A stretch of 64,000 nt of DNA from Patescibacteria group bacterium. Its GTDB lineage: Bacteria; Patescibacteriota; Patescibacteriia; UBA9934. The translations under genes were made by a program, and so were the position numbers. Below the pieces are notes generated by a model. The model was not told the origin of the DNA. It saw only the letters and a list, made by a program, of their open reading frames with translations, and did no database searches. Below, piece by piece: positions 17,593 through 26,504 of the stretch. Within the stretch, counting starts at the first letter, position 1. Each line of letters begins with the position of its first letter. The stretch covers positions 43,290 through 107,289 of the forward strand of contig JBAZWW010000002.1 in assembly GCA_041660165.1 (NCBI GenBank). Reading direction: 5' to 3'.

Positions 17593-18840
17593 TCATTTAT
17601 TCTCCGCCAGGGTCTTTTCTAGAGTCTGAATGAATTCCTCAATCGGCACTCCCTTGCCCCCGTTGTCTCGCTTGGCATCGAATACGGTTTCAAAGAGAAT
17701 CGACTCGAGTGTCTCCAGCGTCTTCCTGGCCGTTTCTTTCCACGTAAACATTTTTGCCTGTTCAAGCCCCTTCTTGATCAGTGTCGTCCGAAGTTTCTCA
17801 CCATCAGTTTCATGAAAGAGCTGGAGGAGCGCCTGAGTAATATCCTCGACGTTCAACGGATCGACGAGGATGGCAGAGTCGGCGGTTATTTCGGCCAGCG
17901 AGCTGGTAAACGAGGTGATGACGGGCACGCCGGAGGCCATGGCCTCAAGGACTGGCAAGCCGAAGCCCTCGTAGAATGAAGGGAAGAGAAAGGCCGAGGC
18001 ACCTCGGAACACGGCCGGCTTGTGCTTCTCAGGAACGTAGCCAAGGAACCGAATGTCAGCGCCGAACATGGCGCGTTCTTGGGCCTCGAGTACTCTGCGA
18101 TGATGGAAACCATTACCGCCCATGATAACGAGCGGGAGGGGAACACCACCCTTTGACCTGAATGAGTCGTAGGCCTCAATTACGCCCTCTATATTTTTAC
18201 GAGGTTCAAGCGTGGCGGCACAGAGCAAGTACTCGCGGTTAAGGTCATAAGTCGCTCGAAAGGTTTTGTCAGACGGCTGTTCGCGCGGGACAAATTTGGT
18301 TTGATCTACGCCAAGATGCGTGACGGCGATCTTTTCATTGGGGATTTTGTAGTAACCGTGAACGTCTGAGGCAGTTGCCTCGGATACGGCCAGAATCCCT
18401 TGGGCATTCGTGCAAAGCACGTCGATTTTTTGCAACTTTCGAGCTAGTCGGTCTTTTCTAGAAAAAAACTTTGGGAAAATAAGAAAACTGACATCATGCA
18501 CCGTGAATAGGTACGGAAGATTCGTCTTGATGACGTTGTGGTTTGGAAAGATCCAAACGTCGGGCGTTTTCGGCAGAAAGGACTCAAGTGTAAACGGCGA
18601 AAAGGGGAGGAGCAAGAGGAGGGAAAGAAGACGATTAGGAATTCGGACGTCAACCAAGTGGATATTCCGGCGTCTGATTTGCGGTACTCGGCGAAGAGAT
18701 ACCTCGGTTCCGCTCACAAAAACAAAAAAATCATCTTCCGGGCTTTCATCGGCCAGGTTCGTAATAAGCTCAAGGGTGTAATGGCCAACGCCTGTTAACC
18801 GCTCATTCGTGAGCGCCCGGGCGTCGATTGCGATTTTCAT
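17593..18840 (-). CDS. GT4 glycosyltransferase with atypical C-terminal tail
   Basis: MKIAIDAR, TVHDV, TLEPRKN, YEGFGLPVLEAMA. Confidence 0.92.
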   Translation of the reverse strand: MKIAIDARALTNERLTGVGHYTLELITNLADESPEDDFFVFVSGTEVSLRRVPQIRRRNIHLVDVRIPNRLLSLLLLLPFSPFTLESFLPKTPDVWIFPNHNVIKTNLPYLFTVHDVSFLIFPKFFSRKDRLARKLQKIDVLCTNAQGILAVSEATASDVHGYYKIPNEKIAVTHLGVDQTKFVPREQPSDKTFRATYDLNREYLLCAATLEPRKNIEGVIEAYDSFRSKGGVPLPLVIMGGNGFHHRRVLEAQERAMFGADIRFLGYVPEKHKPAVFRGASAFLFPSFYEGFGLPVLEAMASGVPVITSFTSSLAEITADSAILVDPLNVEDITQALLQLFHETDGEKLRTTLIKKGLEQAKMFTWKETARKTLETLESILFETVFDAKRDNGGKGVPIEEFIQTLEKTLAENK

Positions 18841-19918
18841 ACGCCTGCTCAACAAAGGCTAAAAGCTCTTTTCTGAATCGTTCCGTAGAGAATTTCTCGG
18901 CGTGGGCGCGGATAATCTGGGGATCATAGGCGTCAGCATGGAAGTTTTTGATGGACTCTATGAGCGCATCGGTCGTTTGCTCGGTGAAGAACGCTCCTGT
19001 AACTTCCTCGACTACCGTTTCAAGTGCCCCGCCTTTTTTGTAAGCAATAACCGGGCGTCCGGTAGCCATGGATTCCACCACCGTCATGCCAAAGTCCTCC
19101 TCCTGCGGATTAACAAAGGCTACGGCGTCAGCATACAGCCTGGCGCGTTCTTCGTCAGATACTCGGCCAAGAAACTGCACGTTTGCTCCGGCGCGCTTTT
19201 TCAAGTCCTCCTCAACGGGGCCAGTGCCAAAGATTTTGAGCGGGAGGCCAAGCTTCGTGAAGGCATCAACGACTAGATCGAATCTCTTGTAGGATACTAG
19301 TCTGCCACCGGCCAGATAGTATTTTTTGGGGCTGGCTGAGATCTGAAAACGCTCTACGTCCACGGGCGGGTGCATGACTACGCTGTCTTTGCCGTAGTAT
19401 TTCTTGATGCGGGCCTTCACAGTGTCAGAATTCGCCAAGAAATAATCAACTCTTTCCGCCGCCGCCCTGTCCCACAAGCGCAAGTGCGAGAGGATTGAAG
19501 GGAGCACCCATTTTACGATTTTTGGCACGCGCAATTCTGACACGTAGCTAGCTGTATCGCTCCAGAGGTAGCGGGTGGGCGTGTGGCAGTAGCAGATGTG
19601 GACAGTGTGGGGATGGGTGATGACGCCTTTGGCAAAGGCGCTCGCACTAGAAATAACTACGTCGAACTCGCTCAGGTCGTAACTCTCTGTGGCTGAAGGC
19701 ATGAGGGGGAGTGAATAGCGGAATAGGCGTTTGCCAAACGGCATCTTCTGTAGGAATGAGGGGCGAATATCCTTATGCCCAAAATCCGTGCGCATGCTCT
19801 CTGCATCGTAATAAAGCGTGTAGGTAGGCGCGTACGGCCAAATGGCCTGGAGCGCGGATAGTACCCGTTCTGCCCCGCCGTGCTGGATTAAGTGGTCATG
19901 GACAAGTGCGACGCGCAT
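18803..19918 (-). CDS. GT4 glycosyltransferase
   Basis: MRVALVHD, GGAERV, YCHTPTRYLW, EEDFGM..VESMA. Confidence 0.93.
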   Translation of the reverse strand: MRVALVHDHLIQHGGAERVLSALQAIWPYAPTYTLYYDAESMRTDFGHKDIRPSFLQKMPFGKRLFRYSLPLMPSATESYDLSEFDVVISSASAFAKGVITHPHTVHICYCHTPTRYLWSDTASYVSELRVPKIVKWVLPSILSHLRLWDRAAAERVDYFLANSDTVKARIKKYYGKDSVVMHPPVDVERFQISASPKKYYLAGGRLVSYKRFDLVVDAFTKLGLPLKIFGTGPVEEDLKKRAGANVQFLGRVSDEERARLYADAVAFVNPQEEDFGMTVVESMATGRPVIAYKKGGALETVVEEVTGAFFTEQTTDALIESIKNFHADAYDPQIIRAHAEKFSTERFRKELLAFVEQAYENRNRRPGAHE

Positions 19919-19936
19919 AGGTCAGGTGGGGGGAAT

Positions 19937-21337
19937 CTATGATGCTCCTTTTCTGAAGAGTACGGCAAACGGAGTTTTGACGAGGATAATGAGATCAAGC
20001 CAGGGGCTCCAGTTCTCAATGTAGTACATATCTAGGCGGACTTCGTCCTCAAAGTCAAGGGTGGCCCGCCCGCTGATCTGCGAGAGTCCCGTAATGCCCG
20101 GTTTAATGGTTAAAACTCGCCGTTCGCCCGGCTTGTAGGCGGCCACCTCTTCCGGCAAGTGCGGTCTGGGGCCAACTAGGCTCATAGAGCCGGAAAGTAC
20201 GGCATAAAACTGGGGGATCTCGTCTAAACTCCAGGTTCTGATGAACCGGCCTACGCGGGTGACGCGAGGATCATCAGACAGCTTGAACAGCGGGGTACCC
20301 TCACGCTCGTTCCCATATTTCTTGATGAACGCAGGGTCGAATCGCAACTGATGCGCGTTTTTTATCATCGAGCGGAACTTCATGAAGGGAAACGGCTGGC
20401 CTTTCATGCCGATGCGTTTGATCGTAAAGAAAATGGGTCCGGGATTTTCGATGACTACGGCGAGTGCAATGATGACTTGGAGGGGGAGCGTTATAAGAAT
20501 GAGCAGGAGCGAGAGAATGATGTCGAACGTTCGTTTGTAAATAGCGCCCCAGCCGTCAAGTGGTGTTTTTGGCACCTCGATCACAGGCCGACCGCCGAAC
20601 GTATAGACGATGGGTTGCAGCGTACTGCCAGGGAAAAGATCGGCAGTGTAAAGGAATGACGTATGTTCAATATCGGCAAAAGTTTTGATGGCGGTCACTT
20701 CTGAACGCTCGGCATCGGTATTTGCCAGGAGAATGACGTCGAGTTCATTATCCCGCTTCAGTTTTTTTAAGCGATCCGCGGTTTCCTCGTTGAAATGGGC
20801 TGTGTGATAAATGGGGAAGTAACCAAGCGTGGGATGCTCGGCAAAATAGGCAACAAGTTCGTTCGCGCCTTTGGTCTTGCCGATAATCACCACATTCTGG
20901 ACGCCGATGCCGAACCGTCTGAGCGTGCGCTGGAGTACTCGGAGTGAAACTCTTTCGACGAGCAGGAAAATGACAGACAGTACCCAAGCTGCCAGCACAA
21001 TGAAGCGAGAATCGAACAGCTCGCGTGAGAAAAAGGCGATGGCCAGGACCACGGCAATACTCGCAAATGAGGCAACGACAACGCGGACAGCTTCGCTCGG
21101 CAGGCCCCTTGGCCTGACGTTATAGAGACCGGAAACCGCAAAGACTGCTATGTAAATGACGGCAACGGGGAGGACGAGCGTGAGGAACTCGCTAAAGGTC
21201 AGCTCAAAGGTTACCGGCCGAAAGGCTGTAAACCACGGGGCAAAGCGCAGGGCGTAGGCCGCCGTAGCTGCCAATAAAATCGCCAAATAATCCACCGGCA
21301 AAAATATTGCCGCAAATGCTAAGTCAGCGCGCTTCAT
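19937..21337 (-). CDS. Polyprenyl-phosphate sugar phosphotransferase (WcaJ/CpsE-like)
   Basis: N-terminal TMs; KFRSM, DDPRVT, SLDEIPQ, MSLVGPRP, KPGITGLSQ. Confidence 0.93.
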   Translation of the reverse strand: MKRADLAFAAIFLPVDYLAILLAATAAYALRFAPWFTAFRPVTFELTFSEFLTLVLPVAVIYIAVFAVSGLYNVRPRGLPSEAVRVVVASFASIAVVLAIAFFSRELFDSRFIVLAAWVLSVIFLLVERVSLRVLQRTLRRFGIGVQNVVIIGKTKGANELVAYFAEHPTLGYFPIYHTAHFNEETADRLKKLKRDNELDVILLANTDAERSEVTAIKTFADIEHTSFLYTADLFPGSTLQPIVYTFGGRPVIEVPKTPLDGWGAIYKRTFDIILSLLLILITLPLQVIIALAVVIENPGPIFFTIKRIGMKGQPFPFMKFRSMIKNAHQLRFDPAFIKKYGNEREGTPLFKLSDDPRVTRVGRFIRTWSLDEIPQFYAVLSGSMSLVGPRPHLPEEVAAYKPGERRVLTIKPGITGLSQISGRATLDFEDEVRLDMYYIENWSPWLDLIILVKTPFAVLFRKGAS

Positions 21338-21362
21338 ACTGTCCACATTTTAGCACGAACAG

Positions 21363-22043
21363 CTACTTTATCCTCCACATATCGTCCCTTGGATCAATGC
21401 GGAGTTCCTTAGGATCAGTTTTGGTCGAGTATTTGACGGGTGCGTCCTTGATGATTGCCAGGGGCATTCGTTCTTTCCCCTCGCCCATGACCAGCACCGC
21501 AGAAGACGCGAGCGTATCTGCCACGTTCGTCTGCGTCATCTTGAGCGCTCGGCCAAAAATGTCCGGCGTCCCGCGGTAATCTCGCAGGCCAAGGAAGCCA
21601 GCATAACCAATTGCCACGCCCGTTACGCCAGCTCGCAGAGGATAGAGCCGGCTGTCCGTGATCAGCACTCCGCACTTCTTGATCTTGTGCTTCTTGAGAA
21701 AGTGTTGGTGGATTTTTCGAGCTACCTCATACGGCTCCTTCGGCCAGAGAACAAGCTTGCCATCAGCATTGGATTCATCTACTCCCGCATTCGGGCCCCA
21801 GTGCCCATCTTTGAGTGTCAGATAGCAGTATTTTGTTTTGATCGCCTTTTCACTCTCTTGTCGAATAACTCGCGTCTTTCTCCCTTGAGTGTTCTCGACA
21901 ACCCGTCCCTGTGCGAGCGCAACAATTTTTGAGGTGATGACGAGTATTTCGCCGTTCTCAACCTTCGGCACAAAGGTGTCGATATAGTTTTCGAGTGATT
22001 GATGCGGTTTGAAAATGGTGCAGTGAATGGAGGTAATCATCAT
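21363..22043 (-). CDS. CofE-like gamma-glutamyl ligase (F420-0 ligase family)
   Basis: ITSKIVA, NAGVDESN, ITDS, PLRAG, DIFGR, VMGEG.ERMP. Confidence 0.85.
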   Translation of the reverse strand: MMITSIHCTIFKPHQSLENYIDTFVPKVENGEILVITSKIVALAQGRVVENTQGRKTRVIRQESEKAIKTKYCYLTLKDGHWGPNAGVDESNADGKLVLWPKEPYEVARKIHQHFLKKHKIKKCGVLITDSRLYPLRAGVTGVAIGYAGFLGLRDYRGTPDIFGRALKMTQTNVADTLASSAVLVMGEGKERMPLAIIKDAPVKYSTKTDPKELRIDPRDDMWRIK

Positions 22044-22106
22044 AGGAGGTTTGGCGAGGAAGGTGTTTCTCCCTCCTCGCCTGGCGGTTGTTAGAGATTG
22101 TCGAGC

Positions 22107-22826
22107 TTATCCCGGCCAGCCGGCCAGAATAAAGGCGAGATGATTGGCTACTTCAGCCATCAGCGGTTTCTGGCGTATATGCGTGTTGAATTCCAGCTGG
22201 ATGGCTTCGAGTCCATGTTGGCCAGATTTTTCGGCAACTCGGCGCGTGATCCACCCGCCACGGTAACGCGCGCTGATGTTCTGCGTTTCGTCGGGCGAGA
22301 ACACCGCCTTGTACGGTCGGCCGAGCACTTCACTTCGGACGTTTCCGAGGTGCCTGGCGATTGTTTTATCCAGGCCGAGCCTGCAGGTTTTATGGCGGTC
22401 GGTTCCGAGCACTATGTCGTATTTTTCCGGGCCTGGGGACGTAGCGAATCCGTGAACGTCAATGAGGAGACACTCGCCGAATTCCGTCAGGCTGAGTTCG
22501 ATCGCTAGATCGAGCGCCCTGTGGAACATCTCGTATTCTTTCACGAATCCTTTCGCGAAAGGTTCGTTGTCCGGCTCTCGGTTCACATCCACATGTGAAC
22601 GGTGAAGGCCGAAGGAGACGGTGGAGGCGTAGACGCCGCGTGTTCCGAGTTCACGCTCAAGATGTCGGGCCAGGATCAGCGTTTCTTCGTCTCGCATTTC
22701 ACCCCAGTTCCTGGCAATCCAGAGCTTGGCCTCCTCACGGATGGCGGCCTCGGGAAAAGCGATTTTGCCGTCGTGGGGCACGGAGAGGATGATGGGACCG
22801 TTACCATAGCTCACCCGGGTATACAT
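22107..22826 (-). CDS. N-formylglutamate amidohydrolase-like protein
   Basis: SVPHDG, RSHVDVNR, LIDVHGF, DIVLG, YRGGWIT, AIQLE; strong SD aaggag. Confidence 0.8.
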   Translation of the reverse strand: MYTRVSYGNGPIILSVPHDGKIAFPEAAIREEAKLWIARNWGEMRDEETLILARHLERELGTRGVYASTVSFGLHRSHVDVNREPDNEPFAKGFVKEYEMFHRALDLAIELSLTEFGECLLIDVHGFATSPGPEKYDIVLGTDRHKTCRLGLDKTIARHLGNVRSEVLGRPYKAVFSPDETQNISARYRGGWITRRVAEKSGQHGLEAIQLEFNTHIRQKPLMAEVANHLAFILAGWPG

Positions 22827-23025
22827 TGTCACTCCTTTGGTTGAAGGTAAGTAAAAAACAGAGAGACTGAACAGCTTCTCTGTTTGAACAGTTTTTAAAT
22901 GAAACTTGACCAGGTAGAAATAGTGCGGGTAAGCAACATAACGATGGGAAAGGTAACAATGTCTGAGGGCGATGACAAGAGATAGTGGGGATGAAACAAA
23001 AAACCGCCCTTGCGGACGGTGTTTT

Positions 23026-23557
23026 GTGCGTGGGAAACCTATAAGCCGAATTCTGTCGGTTGGATCAGCGCGTTCGGTTTGATCCAGCCGTGACGACCAT
23101 CTCTCTAGCCCCATGATTGCTCATGGGATCGTGCGAGCTACCTAATTTGCTCTTGCACCAAGGCGGGTTTGCCGCACCCGTATGTCGCCATACTGGTGAG
23201 ACGAGTAGTCATTGCTGACACCTCGTCACTTTTCACTGTACTCCACCCGTCACTCACCGAAGTGAGGGGTGTGGGTGGGTAGCATAGTCTCTGTTGCTTC
23301 CTGTTTCATCTTTCGACGAACAGTGAACTGAGAAATTCTTGCGTTTTTCTCAGACTTTCCCTGGGCTTCCTCACGCCTGTGGGGGACAGCGCGAACGCCG
23401 GTATCCAGTCCCTCACCTGCGTAACTTCTTCCCGGTTGCCGTTAGCAACGCCTCTTTCCAATGTACATTGCTGTACACGGGGTGTTCGGACTTTCCTCCC
23501 CTAACGTAGTTCGGCTTAGCCGGACGAAGTGGGGCGGTCATCTAGTTTCCCAAGCAC
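23026..23557 (-). ncRNA. rnpB: RNase P RNA (unusually long, ~530 nt)
   Basis: Minus strand has GAGGAAAGUCCGAAC, GCAACAGAGA, GGCAAACCC, ACAGAAUUCGGCUUA and complementary P1 ends; TTTACA/TAATAT promoter upstream, terminator ~22997-23025. Confidence 0.93.
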
Positions 23558-23662
23558 GGGAATATTAGCAAAAATAATGATTATTGTAAAGTGAAACCCC
23601 GCCGTCCAGCTTGCGCAGGACTGGCGGGGCACGACGGTCACAACCGTCCGGTGGGATCAACT

Positions 23663-24352
23663 CTAGGCGGGCTCGAAGGGGGTTGCGAGTTCGAGCAGGA
23701 AGTTGTAGAGGTCCACCGTGGAAACGGTGGTTTGCCACCGGCGGTTTTCCTGCAGTTCCAACTGCTTTCGCCGAATGTCAGTCTCGCTGAAGACCTTGGC
23801 CGTGATGGCCTTAGTCGTCCAGAAGTCCAGGATGAGGCCGAGGGTGTTTACGGCCGTTACCGTGGACAGGCTCGGGAGCTCGGTCGTGATGACGGCCCGG
23901 TAATGGTCTGCCCGAGTATTCCATTCACCGCCTTCGAACGGCCTCAACATGGCCTTGACCTTGTCTGGGGTGAGATCACGAATGAGCGTTCCCCCGCGAT
24001 GTCTGAGATCCATCAGGCCATGGAGGAGGCTGAGTCCTGCGGCATCGGCCCGGACGTAGTCTTCAGCCCACGGCTGACGGCGGAAGCATCGATTGAGAAG
24101 GCTCGGCGCCTGTTTCTCAAGGAGGCTGAAGATGAGATCCTGCTCCGGCCGTGTTTTGGCATGTTTCCCGCGCCGGAGAAGCTCTGCCTCTTCGGGGGTC
24201 AGCGGGCGGACGAATTCCTTCTCTTCTTCATCCGGCTCGAAACGTAGTCGGCCCCACGGCAAAGTGCTGGGGGCACAGACGAGCTGAGCGGGAGCGGGCG
24301 AACTAATCTTTGGCGGTTGCGTCGGCCTATTCGGCGTTCGAGCATTGGACAT
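23663..24352 (-). CDS. Orphan hypothetical protein (229 aa) cassette
   Basis: SD gaggg, TTGACG-17-TACGCT promoter, GC hairpin terminator 23594-23629. Confidence 0.7.
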   Translation of the reverse strand: MSNARTPNRPTQPPKISSPAPAQLVCAPSTLPWGRLRFEPDEEEKEFVRPLTPEEAELLRRGKHAKTRPEQDLIFSLLEKQAPSLLNRCFRRQPWAEDYVRADAAGLSLLHGLMDLRHRGGTLIRDLTPDKVKAMLRPFEGGEWNTRADHYRAVITTELPSLSTVTAVNTLGLILDFWTTKAITAKVFSETDIRRKQLELQENRRWQTTVSTVDLYNFLLELATPFEPA

Positions 24353-24520
24353 GGCGTCCCTCGTTTAGGTGGGCGGTTGGGGTTTTGCCGTGTTCGGGGA
24401 GAACACAGCTGGGCCAGCGTAGAGAAAGGCTGACATTTCGTCAATAAAATTGGCTAATAAAAGGAAGACGCCCATCGTTCGGGGGAACGACAGGCGTTAG
24501 CAAAGATCGGGATCTACCGG

Positions 24521-25051
24521 CTAGTTCTTGGGCAGAGCGCCCATGAGAACGGCCAGGACGGCGGTCTTTTCGGTGAGCTTCTGGAGCTCATGCGTGGGCG
24601 CCAGGAGAACCTTGGTCGCGTAGGCCCTGAGGCTCGAAACACCGATCCCCATTCTACGGTTGACGACTCCATCCGCGATGTCGTCGAGGAACCGGGAGAT
24701 GAGCCCGCGACGCGAAGCGTCGTTGCTCGCGAGGAGATTCAGGATCCCCTCCAGGGAATCGAGACTGATGGCGCGATTCCAACGCTCCTTGAGGAGTCCG
24801 TTGATGATCCAGCAGACCCGTTTCACGTCATCGTCCGTACAGACCTGGTACTGGCACCCCCGTCTGACGCCCAGGGCGCCGGCGTGGAGGCAGTGGAGGA
24901 CCAGGAGGTCGGTTGCATCCGTCGCGGTGCTGATCGCGGCCACGAGGTCTTCCGTGACCGAGTCGGGGGCGACTCGGACGACGTGACGAATCCTGTGGGC
25001 GGGAACGGCCGTGGGGGGTGCTTTTTGTCGTGGCAACTCTGCGGTAGTCAT
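24521..25051 (-). CDS. Orphan hypothetical protein (176 aa); probable paralogue of 25228-25827
   Basis: TTGACT-17-TACACT promoter, terminator ~24460-24498. Confidence 0.7.
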   Translation of the reverse strand: MTTAELPRQKAPPTAVPAHRIRHVVRVAPDSVTEDLVAAISTATDATDLLVLHCLHAGALGVRRGCQYQVCTDDDVKRVCWIINGLLKERWNRAISLDSLEGILNLLASNDASRRGLISRFLDDIADGVVNRRMGIGVSSLRAYATKVLLAPTHELQKLTEKTAVLAVLMGALPKN

Positions 25052-25227
25052 GGACTATCCATTGGTGGGCGAACTGTGGCGGTTTTGCGTCCGGGAGGAC
25101 GCTGTATCCAGGAAGGATACGCGGAGGAGTGTACTCCAAAAAATGAAAATAGTCAATAAAAAGTGGACAAAAGCAAACGCCCGCCAGACCCTGTGGGTAT
25201 GGCGGGCGTGCAGACGCCTGAAAGGAG

Positions 25228-25827
25228 CTAGTCCTTCCTGGGCGTGAACGAGAGGTTGAGCCGTTCGAGGACGTAGGCCGGGTCCGTCCGATCGGCGAGC
25301 TTCGCACTGTCCATCTCCGTGGAGATGAGGTACGCGTCGCCCTCCGTGAGGTAGATCTTGTTCGCCATGAAGGCGCAGTCCGGCTTCCTGTCAGCCAGAC
25401 GCTTCATGGTTTCAGCCAGGTCCCTGAGGAAGACCGGTACCACAGCCCGGCGGGCGTGGTCCGTCTTCAGGTCGTGGAGGAAGCTGACGAGCTCTTCGGG
25501 GGTGGCGTCTCCGTCTTTCCTGCGGAGGTTGAGCTCCTCGATCTGCTTGAGCTCGTTCAGCACGGCCCGGGCGTTGGTCTTCTTGCCCTTGCCCATCACG
25601 CCGTTCTCCCGCATGACGGGGATGCACTTGAGGCGGGCCAGGATGATCACGGCGAGCATGAGCTCGCTCAGATCGTCCATGGTGTTGAGCGAGTTCTTGA
25701 GCTCTACGCCAATCGGCACGCTGGCCTTGGGCTTCCGGTTTTGATCAGTGCGCTGGCCCTGGGTTCGGGGAGAGCCCTTGGCCGCGGTTGGCGGGAGATG
25801 TTCAGAGGTAGTCGACGACAGGTGCAT
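25228..25827 (-). CDS. Orphan hypothetical protein (199 aa)
   Basis: TTGACA-17-TATCGT promoter, terminator ~25168-25209, GC-rich codons. Confidence 0.7.
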   Translation of the reverse strand: MHLSSTTSEHLPPTAAKGSPRTQGQRTDQNRKPKASVPIGVELKNSLNTMDDLSELMLAVIILARLKCIPVMRENGVMGKGKKTNARAVLNELKQIEELNLRRKDGDATPEELVSFLHDLKTDHARRAVVPVFLRDLAETMKRLADRKPDCAFMANKIYLTEGDAYLISTEMDSAKLADRTDPAYVLERLNLSFTPRKD

Positions 25828-25978
25828 GGAGACCCCAATGCAGTGACGGTTATTTGCCCCGAATGGAGCCGGAAGACGATACTGCCCGGCGGTCAAAATG
25901 TCAATCATTAGCCATAAAACAACGAACGCCACCTTCCGGTTAGGAAAGGTGGCGCACGGTTTGACGAACGGGTTCCGT

Positions 25979-26167
25979 CTAGGTTTCGTCCGCGTGCATG
26001 TGCCCGAGGACGAGCACGCAGGCGCCGCCAGCAACGAAGCCGATGACGACTGACACTTCGTGGCTGACGAGCGAGTTCGTGACCGTGAGTGCGACCACGA
26101 AGGTTCCTGTCACCGCGATTTCTCCTAGGAGGTAGTCTGGAACCATTTTTTTCAAGAACTCCTGCAT
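25979..26167 (-). CDS. Small two-TM membrane protein (62 aa)
   Basis: SD ggag, two hydrophobic segments, terminator ~25917-25955. Confidence 0.6.
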   Translation of the reverse strand: MQEFLKKMVPDYLLGEIAVTGTFVVALTVTNSLVSHEVSVVIGFVAGGACVLVLGHMHADET

Positions 26168-26189
26168 GTTCGTGTCTCCCGAATCGAGT

Positions 26190-26378
26190 TTAATAGTCGA
26201 GTTTGGTTTTGAGGATGATCGACGCGAGCGCGACGAGCATACCGGGTCCGAGGAAGAGCGTCTGCAGGTCGATGTCGACCTTCCCGACTGCATGAGCCAG
26301 GAAGAGGATCGAGAGACCGGCCATGGCGCTACCGCCAAGAACCTTGAAAATCAACACCAACTCTTGTGTAACGGTCAT
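26190..26378 (-). CDS. Small two-TM membrane protein (62 aa)
   Basis: SD gagg, TTGACA-17-TATTAT promoter, two hydrophobic segments. Confidence 0.6.
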   Translation of the reverse strand: MTVTQELVLIFKVLGGSAMAGLSILFLAHAVGKVDIDLQTLFLGPGMLVALASIILKTKLDY

Positions 26379-26504
26379 TTGAAACCTCGGTGGGATAGGG
26401 TGGACACTGCGTGATGCAGAGCCCGGAAGGTGTACCTAGGTACGCTAGGCACAATTCAAATAATAGCACTTTCTGCCTTGTTTGTCAAGCAAAAAGTGCA
26501 AAAT

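Noticed and set aside
22827-23114. N-terminal extension of ORF 22107..23114
   Set aside because: It overlaps the rnpB 3' end and terminator; the likely start is the SD-led ATG at 22826
23299-23435. Self-cleaving ribozyme or intron within rnpB
   Set aside because: No hammerhead CUGANGA/GAAA core or group I/II motifs were recognised
23591-25911. Long plus-strand ORFs (23591..24247, 24590..25159, 25456..25911)
   Set aside because: Antisense shadows of GC-rich minus-strand genes that have promoters and terminators
23591-26500. Orphan array as an integron cassette array
   Set aside because: No RYYYAAC..GTTRRRY attC boundaries or integrase were seen; each unit has its own promoter and terminator
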